64,000 nt of DNA from the human T2T-CHM13v2.0 reference genome, Homo sapiens (GCF_009914755.1 NC_060928.1), one strand, 5' to 3'. Counted from the stretch's first letter, positions 37,813 to 51,239 are shown. Numbers and translations are program-made. Notes: generated by a model from the letters alone, not told the origin.

Positions 37813-39672
37813 ATGTATTCTCTAATCATGATTGGCTCCCCTCTTGCTTCATTGGCTTTCTTCTTCTGTTTGTTTTGTCCAACTTTTTAAACTGAATGCT
37901 TATTAATTTCCCTCTTAGAAATGCATTTGCATTGTCACTCAATGCTAAATCTATTGTGTGATTATCTCTTCTATTTCTTCTTGATATACGCTCTATTTTT
38001 AGCCTTCAATTATGTTTAACTTATAAGTGTATATTAAAATATTATTTTAACTTTATTAGTAGCTCTCTCTTCCCCTATGCCCATATAGTAATTGAAAATA
38101 TCTCAGTAGCCTCAGATATGTATCATCTTCACTTCTCTAGGCAATATGTACTTTCTTTGCTTCTTTAGACAATAAACTTGACAGAATTATTTACTCATTC
38201 CTGATTTCATGTACTTATTTCATGTACATTTCATGTGTGTGCATGTCTGTGTCTGTGTGTTTCTGCTAGAAATTATTTCTCTTCTTGCCTGAGTACTTCC
38301 CCCAATAATTTTCTGAAAGAGGGTTGTGTAGGGTAAACCTCATGAGAACTGAAAATAGCTTTATTTTTTAAATTTATCTTATTAAAAATTTTAAGTTTAA
38401 TTTTGTTTAACACTTTGAAAATATTGCCCCTTTAGTTTTCCTTGTATTGCTGTGGAGAAGCTAAATATTAAATGATCTGTTTTTTTCTGAAAAAATTTTA
38501 ATATATTATTATTGCCATTTTTATTCTTATCATTCACTGTAAGTTGTCTATATTGTGGATTTTCCTTATCTAATTTTTCAGCACACTGTAATATTTTTCA
38601 ATCTGAGGTCTTTCATTATCCTCTAATCTAATTAACTCTCACCCCTTATTTCATAAAATATATTTTCACCTCCATTTATGTCCTTTCTTTCCTTTATAAA
38701 ACCTTATCATAAAAACGTGAAAACTTACAGTTCTCTTCTTTACATCCCCTAACTTAAAAAAAAAAAAATTTCTATCTCTCTATTCCTTCCTTTTGTCTTG
38801 TGGTAGCACCCAAACCCCATATTCTAGGTCGCACTATATTTTAGCTGGATACATTTTGCTATTTATCCTTTCTATTGAATTTTTAATTTTAATTCATATT
38901 TTTATTTCCTGTGTGCCCCTTGAGTCAATTTTATAACTGCTGGGTCCTCTCTTTTCTTCTAGTATCTACCTTGTTGCTCTGATGATGTCTCCTTGCTGTT
39001 ATTGCTCCTCTAATTCACATAGCAAAAGCTCTCCTGTGTCTTATCCTCTCAATGCGGATGACAATGGAGTTTTCCCCCATAGTAGTCTCCATATGCTCCT
39101 TTTTTTGGTCAAAACTGCTTCCTATGTCTCCAAGATTGTTCACATTGTGTTGCTTTTGTGTATCTAACACTTCTCTCCTATGTTATACCACCAGGACAAG
39201 CTTCGGGAGACAGAGGCATATTATACTAATTCACAATCTTGTCAGGGACTAAAAATCAAAATTATTATATCAAGGGTAGAAAGAAAGAGAGGCAGGGAGG
39301 TGGAGCATGAGTCCTGGCAGAAGATCCACCTGGCCAGGCTGGGTCCCTTTCACGCATGTCCCAACAACTTCCTTGGACCTGATGAAGATTGAAGACCTGG
39401 GACAGTGACGTAAAAATCAAGCAACAAGGAAATGAATTCCAATGACAAATAACATTTTGACTGAGAAACCATTATCCTCTTCCCTGGATCGATATTATTA
39501 TTTTATACTTACAGAGGCAGTGACTGAAAGATCAAAAGAAAATAGTCTCGCTCTCATCTAGGCAATCCAACCTGGCGGGTTTCAGGAGGTACATTGATTG
39601 ATCCTGAGCAACTGAAGCCTTCAGAATTTGCTTTCTTCTTGCTTGTATCTTCTTCCTTCTATTTGCCCTTAT

Positions 39673-39760
39673 TTATACACACACACCAATACACACTTAT
39701 TTCACCTGAATTCCACTTATACACACACACCAATACACACTTATTTCACCTGAATTCCAC
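39673..39760. repeat. Perfect 44-bp tandem duplication
   Basis: ttatacacacacaccaatacacacttatttcacctgaattccac x2. Confidence 0.97.
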
Positions 39761-39877
39761 ATTACTTAAAAACTGACTTCCCATGAACTGTGCACAGGTT
39801 GTCACTAAGGATTCTTCATTGTCTTCCACATGTTCTGCCACCTAATTGTAAAGAGCACCTTACGCTGCATTCTAGAG

Positions 39878-40155
39878 GTATATGCAGTAATATAGGTATA
39901 TATATATATGCCTGCTATATATATATACATGCTATTTAATGATAAACTAGTAAATAATAGTATAGCATTATCATATAATACTATCCTGTAATATTTAATA
40001 AATTATTCTCAGCTTATCTGCATTAGGGATATATTATTCTATATGTTATGCAATGGTCTCATACTATTCTATATATTATATTCTATAGGATAATATAGTA
40101 TTATATTTAATAATATATACTATTATTATTATGTACTATAGTATATAATAAAGTA
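39878..40155. repeat. AT-rich low-complexity tract
   Basis: (TA)n and tattat-rich sequence. Confidence 0.85.
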
Positions 40156-42095
40156 AAATTTAAGTTCACTTGGTTTTCTTCTGGTGTTTTCTACAGGTCT
40201 TTGGCTATCTGTACATGTATATCATAGAAAAATAGGTCGTGGAATTCCCAGTGGTTTTTTTATGTTAATAGTGCTGACGTTAAAAACTACCAGTCCTGTT
40301 TCTTCAAAGCCCAGCCACACACTTCCTTTTTTCTTTGGGGAGGTAGAGGAAAGAAACAGGGAGAGAAAATAGGTAGAGCCAACTGTTGAGCTTCGACTTC
40401 TCAGGCAACTCTAACATAGTTTTCATCATGCTCTGCCAAAATGACAGATCCCTCTTTCATGTGCTGCTGAAGGAGGAGAACAGCAAAAAACTGAAGAGGT
40501 ATAGGAAGCCAAGGGGAGATTTCTGTGCTGGATGTGGACTGGTATGTATGCAGGCTCTACTCAACCCAGACACCTTAGGAACATTATTTCATCTGATTGT
40601 CCCAACAGCACTATTCATTATATGTTATTATGAACTTTTCATAGATAATGACACTGAACTCAATGAATTTCAATATTGTCCCGATTTCATGAGTAATAGT
40701 GGAGAGACCAGGAATTCCTCAGAGGCACGTCTGAACATAAAGACTCTGTCCACTCACCACAAAATCAGAGAAGAGAGGATTCTTGCCGTAAGACAGGGCT
40801 TGCTACTCAGGGTTTGTCCTTGATTAAATATGAGAAGTTTACCTGTGATACCCCCGACCTGTAACTTTTCTTTCTGAGGCTTGATCTTCTCTCTGTAGTA
40901 TCCAGCACCCCTGCATTTGTGCATCCAGGGCTCTCAGCTTATCTGCATTTTCTATAAGAGGACCATCTACCATAAACTGATTCTCACTTAGGTGTTAGCT
41001 AAGAAGTTGTTTTTTCTTATTGTTTTTGGTTTTAGAGGACCATAGATAAAAGGAGAAATTGTTTCTTTAATATTTGCTATTAATTCAAAGAAATGAATCT
41101 CCAAATGTAGAATTTCCATCTCTTGAACCTTAGCAAAAAACATATAGATGTTAAATTTGCTATCAAAAAAATGAAGTTAAGTCTAGCCAATTACCAATGT
41201 CACATGGTCTGGTTGGCACCAGAAGGCCTAATATCTGAGTATACAACAGAAAGCAAGTCAGGTGGTCTTTAAACAACACTCCCCTGAGACAATCAAGGTG
41301 GAAATAAACAAATCTCAAAAGTTTAGCGAGTAGATGTTTATCTTGCTAGATAGTTTTCTGTAGCTACTTTTTAAAGCTAGCTAATGTTTAATTTGAGTAA
41401 CCTTGTGGAAAGACCTGTTTAAATGGCACTATCAAACAATAGCAGCAAGAGGAGAGATAAGAAGAAAGTAAAAAAGGATTATTAAAGAAATGCTGGGGGT
41501 GAAATTTATCTCTTCAAACAAATCAGGGTGCACTAAGTTAATGGAAAAATCCAATAATGGATGGACTGATAGTAAACTGTTATTTTCCAGAAGTTAAAAG
41601 CATGTGAGTGATTTTTACTCTGATTTGGTGGCAGGGAGTTGGGCACAGGAGGCTGTGAATTTCAGATTATTATATTTATAATATATTTTCCAGGATACTG
41701 GCATTCCAAATACCTTTTTAAAAATATTACATAACAAAGTTGCAAAGGATGAAACTGAAGGGGAGGGACAAAGACTGCCTATCCTGAGCTTCTATCCATA
41801 ATTTATCTCTGTAGGAAGAAAATCTCTTTTGATCCCATTTTCAATTCTAGTACATCTAACAGCAACACCAGAATAAGATTTGACCTACTAAGTGCTCTGT
41901 TACATTGGAGTTGTTTAGATTCACCAGAGTATAAAACACATATATAGAAAGACTAATTACAAAATAGAGGCTAAGTTTGTCTTTCAGTATTTCTATTATT
42001 TGGTTAGTCCAGGCTCAGCCCCTAGAATCTGAATTTGTCAGGCTTCTGAGCCCAAGCTAAGCCATCATAACCTCTTAGCCCCTAAACTCTGAATT

Positions 42096-42535
42096 TGTCA
42101 GGCCTCTGAGCTCAGGCTAAGCCATCATATCCCCTGTGACCTGCACGTGTACATCCAGATGGCCTGAAGCAACTGAAGAACCACAAAGGAAGTGAAATAG
42201 CCAGTTCCTGCCTTAACTGATGACATTCCACCATTGTGATTTGTTCCTGCCCCACCCTAACTGATCAGTTGACCTTGTGACGTTCCTTCTCCTGGACAAT
42301 GAATCTCAGGAGCTCCCCATGGAGCACCTTGTGGCCCCTGCCCCTGCCCGCAAGAGAAAACCTTCTTTAACTGTAATTTTCCACTACCTACCCAAATCCT
42401 ATAAAACTGCCCCACCCCGCTCTCCCTTTGCTGACTCCTTTTTTGGACTCAGTCTGCCTGCACCTAGTTTATTAAAAAGCTTTATTGCTCACACAAAGCC
42501 TGTTTGGTGGTCTTTTCACATGGACACGAATAACA
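42096..42535 (+). mobile_element. HERV-H solo LTR (LTR7 family, LTR7B/C-like)
   Basis: tgtcaggcctctgagc...cctataaaac TATA...attaaa poly(A) signal...aaagcctgtttggtggtc...taaca; TSD gaatt at 42091-42095 and 42536-42540. Confidence 0.95.
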
Positions 42536-42929
42536 GAATTTAGATACAGTAAAATTTCCAATGTGTTCCTCAGATTATTACAGAAGAGAATTAATAATGT
42601 GCATGTATTGATGCTTTATTTGTACCATTTTTGAAGCAAAAGAGTTGAAGTAAATAATTCAAGATTCTATTTGACCAGTCAGCTTGTATTTTTAAGGGCT
42701 TAATGAGTAGCTGCCTCTAAGGAGGTTTAGAGAAGGGCTGTCAGAGATGGGTAACTTTTCTTTAGGTACTTACAGATGAAGAAGGGTGACAAGACAGGCA
42801 CCAAGCCACTGGAATGGTGGAGAAAGATGCTGTGGCTTCTGACTACTTGCCTGTGGTCTTTTGTGTTAACCAACAATACAAAATTACTAGACTTTTCCAT
42901 AGAGATAAAGAGCTATGAAAATAGTTGGG

Positions 42930-43168
42930 ACCAGGCAAGGTTGCTCACGCTTGTAATCCCAGCATCATTGGAGGATGAGGTGGGTGGATTGCTTGAGCTC
43001 AGACGTTGGAGACTAGCCTAGGCAGCATAGTGAAATCTCGTCTCTAACAAAAAATATAAAATATTAGCTGAGGTGGGAAGAGGCTTGAACCCAGGAGGCA
43101 GAGGTTGCAGTGAGCCGAGATTGCACCACTGTACTCCAGCCTGGGTAAGAGAGTGACACCCTGTTGAA
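42930..43168 (+). mobile_element. AluJ with internal deletion at the start of the right arm
   Basis: ggattgcttgagc AluJ diagnostic; linker attagctg joins directly to aggtgggaag. Confidence 0.9.
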
Positions 43169-43330
43169 AGCAAGGAGGGAAGAAAGGAAGGAAAGAAGGA
43201 GAAGGAAAGAAGGAAGGAAGGGAGGGAGGGAAGGAGGGAGGAGGAGGAAGGAAGGAAGGGAGGAAGGGAGGGAGGGAGGGAGGGAAGAGGAGGAGGAGAA
43301 GGAAGGAAGGAAGGAAGGAAGGAAAAGAAA
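43169..43330. repeat. (GGAA)/(GGGA) polypurine tract derived from the Alu tail
   Basis: Directly visible. Confidence 0.95.
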
Positions 43331-43432
43331 ATAATCTGAGCAAGTAGCTGTGTGTCCCAACTGCTTATGAAGTTCTAAAAGTTCAGATAGACAGGCTCCA
43401 CTCTATATAAAATAAATCAGAACATCTCTTGG

Positions 43433-43780
43433 TGTTATGGGCTGAACATGTGTAACCTCCAGATTTATTTGATAAAGCCCTAACTCCCAGTGTGATGGTG
43501 TTTGGAGGTTGGGCCTTTGGGAGGTAATTAGGATTAAATAAGGTCATGAGGATGGGACTCTCATGGTGAGATTAGTGACCTTATAAAAGACACCAGAGAG
43601 CTTGTTCTCTCTCTCTTTCTCTGTATTCACATAAGGAAGCGCTCATGTGAGCACACACCAAGAAAGGGATTGTCTGCAACCTAAGAACCTAAGAGGACAG
43701 CCCTCCCCAGAAACTGACCATACCAACACCCTGATCTCAGACTTCCAGGCTTCAGAACTGTTAGAAATAAATTTCTGTTG
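43433..43780 (+). mobile_element. MLT1A-like LTR, 3' end missing
   Basis: tgttatgggctgaa...ggcctttgggaggtaattagg...cagaactgttagaaataaatttctgttg. Confidence 0.88.
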
Positions 43781-44256
43781 TGAAAGGCAGGAGTTTGTTG
43801 GGAAATGAGCTCCTAGTCTTTTTGCCTTTACTTAAACTACTTTGGTAACATGTAATTGGTTTTTCCCCACTTGTCTCATTGCCCTCCAACCATTGAGCTG
43901 TAGTCACTTCTGCTTCTGTAGGAGGGTGAATACAACCCAGGAAAAAAAAGAAAAAAATGGATTTAATTACATGAAATTTCCTCTGACCCTTGCCAAAAAA
44001 GAAAATATGTGTTGGAATCCTAACCAGCCAGAATGTGTCCTTGTTTGAAGATAAGATCTTGATAGAGGTCATGAAGTTAAAATGAGGTATAGAGTTGGCA
44101 TTGAAACTATGTTAAAAAAAAAAAAAGGCAGCAAATCAGATTTATTTTCAAAGGAGGGTATAAACAATGTTCAGGACGATCACGGTTTTAGTAGTTCAGA
44201 TATGTTCATACACAAGCCACATTTTCTTCAAAAATACCCACAATTCTGTGGTTGCT

Positions 44257-44321
44257 GGATTATTAGAAATGGATTATTAGAAATGGATTATTAGAAATGG
44301 ATTATTAGAAATTAGAAATGG
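44257..44321. repeat. 14-bp minisatellite (ggattattagaaat) x4 plus partial copy
   Basis: Four identical units visible. Confidence 0.95.
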
Positions 44322-44414
44322 TAAAGGCAAATTAGAAAAGTTCCAGCAGAGTGAAACAGTAAATAGTATGTACAAATCCTTGTAACTGAACCTGATACCA
44401 CACGTTCAAGTTGT

Positions 44415-44586
44415 GAGAGGTCTCTCTTGGGCATGCTTTATACAGGCACTGATTCCATTCATGAAGATTCTGTACCTATGACCTAATCACCTCCCAAAGG
44501 CTCCACTTTCTAATACCATCACCTTGGTGGTAAGGATTTCAACATATGTATTTGGGGTTAGGGGATGCAGATGTTCAATCCATAGT
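44415..44586 (-). mobile_element. MaLR (MLT1/MST) LTR fragment
   Basis: atgacctaatcacctcccaaaggctccacttt...ggatttcaacatatg. Confidence 0.75.
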
Positions 44587-44857
44587 AGGTTGTGGGTCTG
44601 GAGAAGCAACAAGTCTCCCTCAGCCTGAGCTTGGGCTCTACTCAAGTAGGCAGGTTTCAGTGCGTCTTTCATAAGAAGGAATATGGATTTATTCTACTTT
44701 CATTTAACTTAAAGTCATAGTGGTGACTCTTTCAGAACAATGGAAGTCTATTGTTAAAGAGGGATCTGAGTTTATAAGTTCAGAAACATAAAACAGCCAG
44801 GAATGTTCAGAAGGCAACTCTAGCTAAAATAATTAAGCCCCTTCCTTGGAAGTACCA

Positions 44858-45273
44858 TGATGTAGTTTGGATCTGTGTCCTCACCAAATCTCATATGAAA
44901 TTGTAATCCCCAATGTTGAAGTTTAGGCCAAGTGCGAGGTGATTGGATCATGGGGGCAGAGTTCTTATGAATGGTTTAGCACCATCCACCCTTGCTATTG
45001 TGTAGTGAGTGAGTTCTCATGAGATCTGGTTGTTTAATAGTGTGTGACACCTCTCCCTACCACCACTCTCTTGGTCCTGTTCCTGCCATGTGAGACACCT
45101 GCTCCCACTTTGCCTTCCACCATGACTAAAGGCTCCCTGAGGCCTCTCCAGAGGCAGATGCTGCCATGCTTCCTGTACAGCATGCAGAACCATGTGCCCA
45201 TCAAACCTCTTTTCTTTATAAATTACCCAGTCTCAGGTATTTATCTATAGTAGTGTGAGAATAGACTAATACA
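44858..45273 (+). mobile_element. MSTA MaLR solo LTR
   Basis: tgatgtagtttggatctgtgtcc...aattacccagtctcaggtat...gactaataca; perfect TSD tacca. Confidence 0.94.
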
Positions 45274-45619
45274 TACCACAATGCACGGAGAGTAATATCA
45301 AGCAGCCTTACCTCAAAGAGCAGGAAGAGTATTTTTTTCTGAAAACTATTTGATTTTCTTTCCCTGCACTATTGTAGTTCAATTCTTCCCTGAAGCCTAT
45401 TCAAAGGTGAGGATGGAAAATAATGACTCGAGATCAACACAAATATCATCCCAAGCAGAATAGCCCTTTTCCATGAGCTTGCCACCATTGTAGCCTTCAA
45501 TTTTACATGACTTCTGGTCAAACTACATAAATAATTAAAATATTTTTGCTTTAAAAGCTTTTGTTAGTCTTTAGGCTCCATGTAGGCATCTAAATAAATA
45601 GTTGTAGGGCAAATATGCA

Positions 45620-45845
45620 AAAGAGTAGGGATTCTGGCATCAGACAGAACTTGATTTGAGTTTGAATTCCATCACTCTTGTGCAAGATATGCAGCCTCCC
45701 AGAGATCTAATCATCTCATCTATAAAATAAAGCTGATTATGTCTGACCTCAGTGATTTATTGGAAGGAATAATCACATTACACTTGTAAAACTTTGAGCA
45801 CAGTGTGTGGCACAATTAGTCATGAGTAAAGTTAATATTAACTAT
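45620..45845. mobile_element. MIR
   Basis: tctggcatcagacaga...ctcatctataaaat...gcacagtgtgtggcaca. Confidence 0.7.
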
Positions 45846-46059
45846 CATAAAACAGTATTTTTGAAAAGAGTGCTAGGTAATATGTTAAATAAAGAAGGCT
45901 GAGAAAATAGTTGTGTAGGCCTGCAGAAAAACATTCTCTATTAATCACTCCATAACTCAATTTATCATTGAGAGAAGGATTTGACTTGATAATGAAATTT
46001 GTAGAATAAGCAAACTCTAGTTCTTGACAGAACTTTAGAATCAGAATCTTTCAAATGAT

Positions 46060-46378
46060 CAAACTATACCATAGACTGGGCAGCTTGAACAACATTTATT
46101 TCTCACAGGGCTGGAGATTGGGAAGCCCAAGATCAGGGTGCCAGGAGATTGGGTGTCTGGTGAGGGTTCTCTTCCTGGTTTCCTCATGCAAGAGAGAGAG
46201 AGAAAGCAAGCAAACTCTCTTCTATGTCTTCTTATACGGGCACTAATCCCATTATGAGGGCTCTGCCTTCATAATCTAATTTTTCCCAGAAGTCCCACCT
46301 TCAAATACCATCACATTAGGGATTATTAGTTTTGGTGGAGGGGGTGGGGGTCGGGGTACAAACATTCAGTACCTAGCT
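46060..46378 (-). mobile_element. MLT1A-like LTR
   Basis: taccatagactgggcagctt...catttatttctcacag...ggcactaatcccatt. Confidence 0.8.
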
Positions 46379-47212
46379 CTTGCTCCAGATCAAACAATCA
46401 CTAGTCAGAGCCAGCACTAAGCTACATTTCTCATATGACTCTACCACAATATATTAGACCTTGATTTCTATTTGCTGAAAGACTGGTCTCATCTCTTTTT
46501 GAGATTTATACATTTATAAAATTATAAAGCTGATTTAGGACCGTTAATTCCATGTAACATGTCACCCAAACAATTGCACATTGGTTTGACAAACAACATT
46601 TCAATCCATCAGAAAAGTTTAGGTTGATGCCTGTACATATTCCAGAGACATGAAAGTGGAGGATAAGTGCTTTTAAAGCAAACAAACCTGAGGCGTGTTG
46701 TTAAAGGACACTTGCTTTGGAATGGAACTCTGGAGTGTTTAATTATCAACATGCGCCTTTCCATCCCTGGCCTATTAAATCATCTGGCCTGCTAATAATA
46801 GCCTGTTTAGCCATCAGGAAAAGATGGATGAGTTTTAGTTCCCATTTTCAAATCCAAGGGATCTGCCCTGTTTCTGAATTATCTGCAGATGAAGATTAGT
46901 CACTGAGGCATCTGTAGGTTGTGCAGAGGACATTGGAGTCCTGGCCAGGATATTTATCCTCAGCAATGTGCTCCTCCCTCTCCTTCAGGCCTTCCACTGG
47001 TGAAAAGAGACTGAAAGAGCTAAACTTAAAACGTGAGGAAGGGAATCTTACCAATTAAATGCTCTTTTTAGCATTGCAAACTGAATGTAATCACTTCCTG
47101 TGTTTAAACTGTCTGTGAATAGATCATGTATTTAGCTTTGCAAAGGAAGTTTTACATGTAATACCACTGCTTTCCCAAAGCCAGCTGTTTGGGTGTTTGT
47201 TTTAATCCATAT

Positions 47213-47745
47213 CCAGTGTTCCCATTACCTGTTGATATGTAACAAACTATTTCAAATCTTAGTGGGCTAAAAAAGCAGTTTCTTTAGATCATGATTTTTG
47301 TGGAAGAGGAATTGGCGAAATGCTTAGCTGGGTGTTTCCTTTCTGATCCCTGAGATGTTAGTTGAGGTGGCATGGCTAGTACTAGTGGATGCATTTTTAA
47401 GATGGCTCCCTCACATGGCTAGCAAGTGGGTGTTGGCTGTTGGCTGAGAACTTGGCCAAGTCTTTTGTTAGGGTAACTTGGTTGTGATCCATAAAGGCCC
47501 ATTCACAGGATGCTTGGGCTTCCTCATTGGCAGAGCAGTAGAGTTCCTAGAATGAGTATTCTTTCAGCTGAGTGTAATCTGCAAGACTCATTCTGACCTA
47601 GCCTCAGAAGTCCCAGAAGACCACTTTCACTGCGTTCGTTGATCAAATAATTTAAAGCAAACTCAACTCCAAGAAGATAGAAAATAGACTCACCTCCTCA
47701 GTGGTAGGTTAGCAAAGATATAGCAGACACCTTTAACCTGTCACA
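47213..47745 (-). mobile_element. Old MLT1 LTR
   Basis: tgtaacaaactat...cttagtgg...tgacctagcctcagaagtcc. Confidence 0.7.
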
Positions 47746-48959
47746 TCAAGAAAAACCGTAATTGCTAGATTTCAACTACCCGCTCCACTTTACACATTAT
47801 CTGGTGATTCTCAGAAGCTTCAAAAATATGTATTTAATTTATTCATTGCATCTTTCTCCACTCAAAATATTTAACAAATATTTTCTGATTGCTTTGAAAC
47901 TATGGTTCAATCAATCAATCAATTCCATTTCTTTTTCTGATGATTACTTCTTTCATTCCTAACCATTCCCGTATTGATTACAGTACTTCAGATGCATTCT
48001 GGATCCTGAATAACTAATCTACTCAGTAACAAATAATGTAATCTTCAACATAACATTCTCTCTGAGAGAGTGCAAGGCAGACAATGGAGACAACAATTCA
48101 AAAACACTTTTCAAGTTGAAGTACAATCTTAACAATGGCAGTATTTTTGAGATATTTAGGTGGCTTTCACACCATCCTTTTTTTATGCCCCAAGGTGTAA
48201 GGGTACCAAATAAAGCAGTTTTCCAGATCTTATCAGTAGACCCAAAAGTAGAAATTAACTAGTAGTAAAAATCACTTATATTAAACCCCTTTCATTTGCA
48301 TATATTTGCATATGAATACCTAATTGTTTTGAAGTAACAAGAGAACAATGGAGGAAAAAAAGGGGGCTTGAGGCTGCAACAGACACCTGGGAGACTGTAT
48401 TTTAAAAGTCTATATTTTTACATATTTGATTTTATTTCTTAAATAAAGAGAAAGGTACTGAGTCATGCACACAAAGTACTACCAAAAGAATTAAAGTGTG
48501 AGAAAGTTTCAACCTAATGATGCTATTTTCTGATAGACACCTCTTTAATTCTTCCCACTTAAATCTTGAGTAACAAAGCCATGTAATGTGTATAGAAATC
48601 AAAATTCTACAGATAGTGCTAAAGGAATTTTTAAGATTCCCTTAACAAGCTCTTAAGTTGATAATGGCCTCTGTTTGAACTAGTATTTTTAAATAAGTAG
48701 TTGTGTAACATTCCTTTAGTATACAGAAAAGCCTGTACACTATCAGTAGGATCAGGTGGCCTTCCTTTCCTCTACTTTGTTGTCCTGAACAATTCAGCTC
48801 TGGCCCCAAATTAGCATCATCCACTCAGCAAAACAAATGCTCCGTATTTAACTCTTCTCATTCTTGTTACACTTTAGCAAACATCTGTGTCTTGAGCATG
48901 CTTTGTGGCATTTACTCCTACAATTGATTTTTTTCTTTTTTTTTTTTTTTTTTTTTGCC

Positions 48960-49410
48960 CACTTAACATTTATCCCTCTTCTGATAATAGCACCTTGATT
49001 TTTCTTTATACAACCTCATCTCACAGTCTCAGTGGCTTCTGATGAGACTCTCACTGCCAGCTCTAAGAATTGAGCCAAAAAAGGGAGGCATAGTTCAGAA
49101 ATAGAGAGAAATAAATCAGAGTAAGATAAACATAAGAAAAAGGAGAAGAAAAAGACAAAGGGAAGAAGTGGGGCTGGGACACTGATGACATTGTTTGAGA
49201 TCTTGGATCCAGTCATGCTTCAAACTATATTTTTCAGTTACACAAGCTAATTAATATTTGCTCTAACACACGCACACATGCACATATACATACATGCACA
49301 CAGACATATTTTATTTATTTATATATTTATTTATTAGGATTTGCTTAAGCTGGTGTGATTTGAGTTCCTGTCATTTAAAATTAAAGATTGAAATTAGGCT
49401 TTACCAATAC
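48960..49410 (+). mobile_element. Old MLT1 LTR fragment
   Basis: gatgacattgtttgag...ggatccagtcatgc...tgcttaagctgg. Confidence 0.55.
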
Positions 49411-49751
49411 AGCCACTTACCAACTCAAAATATATTAGCAAAGTATTTCTTCTAGTTATTTATAGAATGTTCTTGAAAGGCATTGTGAAATCTGAATTAG
49501 TACATAAAATTTACTTCACTGGCTTTAATATAATATGTGCAAACCAATAAAAGGCAGCCTGTTCAAATTGCTTATATTTATTATGAGATTATTCAGTATT
49601 ACTAACCAAAATAAAATTACTAAATGTGCGTAAATTAAACTTTTCTATTAATATACAACACACTTGTGTATTTTTACAGAGTCAGAATAAAAGGCCATGG
49701 AACCACAAACCTGTAGGTGAATGCACATCCATTAGCATTCCTGTAAGTACG

Positions 49752-50170
49752 TGTATTTGGTGGCTTTGCTGGAGTAACAAACTACCTCAAGATCTCAGTG
49801 TTATATGAAACAAAGGTATGTTTCTTGTTCATATTGCGTGTAGGCTTCAGGCCACCCGAGGGTCTGCTCCCATTGTGCTCTGCTCTATCAATCTTCTCAG
49901 CTAGACTGCCAGGCTAAACAAGCAACCTCTATTTGGAAAGCACCATTCTCACAGCAGGAAGCAGAAGCAAGATTACCATGTCATCCTATTTAAAGCTTCT
50001 GCTCCAACAATGGCTTATATCATATTCACTTAAATTACACTAGACAAATTTAAGAACAGGACAGGAAAGTTCATGCCATCTACACAGCTGTACTGCCAAT
50101 TACAAGGCAAAAGCAAGGATCTATAAGTGCTTACAAATATGAGTGTCAATGATTTTGAACAATAATATTA
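49752..50170 (-). mobile_element. Old MLT1 LTR fragment
   Basis: gctggagtaacaaactacctcaagatctcagtg...taaagcttctgctc. Confidence 0.6.
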
Positions 50171-51239
50171 CCTGACAAAATAGACATGTCCTGTCTTTAC
50201 CTAGCTGCTTTCTAATACACTGCTGTGGCTTAAGGGTAGTACCCAGGCTTTCATTGCAATTTTAGAGTCACTAATGTAAGAATTTATCTTCAAGTTGTAG
50301 AATCAAAGAGGGAAAATTTCTCCTTTACCCTCTGAAGACTTAGTGAAAATGAATTTACGATAGTCAGATTAATAGGAGAAAAAGGCATACAAAATTGATC
50401 TAACAGGCAAGGAAGAAATATCACAGGAGAGTGAGTGCTCAATTTTTTTTAAAGAAAGAGAAACCCAAATTCCAGTTTTGTTTCAATGTACTTTTGATAT
50501 TAAGGCTCAATATTAGAACCCTTTAATACATTTATTTAGCTTGAGTTCGTTTAACCATATAAGATTTTCTTTTACTGTCTTTTATTTTTCCAACTTTTTA
50601 TATTCATTTGTTTTGCCTATAACAATTTTTCTCCACTTGTTCATTTTGAAACAATATTTAAGCATACTCTACACTAGACAAAATTAATTTTCCTTAAACA
50701 AAATCCATATCTTCATGCATTCCTTGCAACCTTCCTCACCAAAAACACATCCCTGTATGCTCTATGTACAGAACTGTTTTTCTTATTTTTAGTAGTTTTA
50801 ATTAACTACATTAATTAGAGCTTCAATTTTTAGCAATTGTAAACCAACATTCTGTAGACTTACGAACATCATTTTATAATTTATAAAAATGTATCTTTCT
50901 TAATGGAACTTTTTTTAAAAAAATTGGAATAGAACATATTTACTAACAGATCTAAATATATTTTGTTTCTTTGTAATAAGAAGCCAAAAGCAGATAAACT
51001 TAAACCTCCTGTTAATGTTTTAGTATCGTATATTACTTAGAAATAACCTAGAAATGTGATGAATATCTGTCATTAACTTAGCAAAACTAGAGGGGTATAT
51101 TGCTAAAGTGACTTGGGAAATCTTTTAAGTAAGTATATTATAAGTATGATTATCCATGAAAAAAGTGTATTTATCAACTTCTATCCCATTTACATCTATT
51201 TGATTTATTAATCCTTAAGAATTATGCTTGGAAAATTTT

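Larger units (their letters stand above)
35280..38930 (-). mobile_element. Highly diverged L1M/L1ME fragments
   Basis: T-rich antisense L1 ORF2-like phrases (catttaaatctttaatccat, gattacattgagtttat, ggtctattcaggg); patchy. Confidence 0.6.

Noticed and set aside
40386-40823. 145-aa ORF
   Set aside because: Non-ATG start, overlaps MIR-like sequence, no recognisable domain
43044-43360. Pro/Ser/Phe-rich ORFs; GGAA tract as EWS-FLI1 element
   Set aside because: ORFs are microsatellite plus Alu translations; pure GGAA runs are short and interrupted, with no supporting evidence
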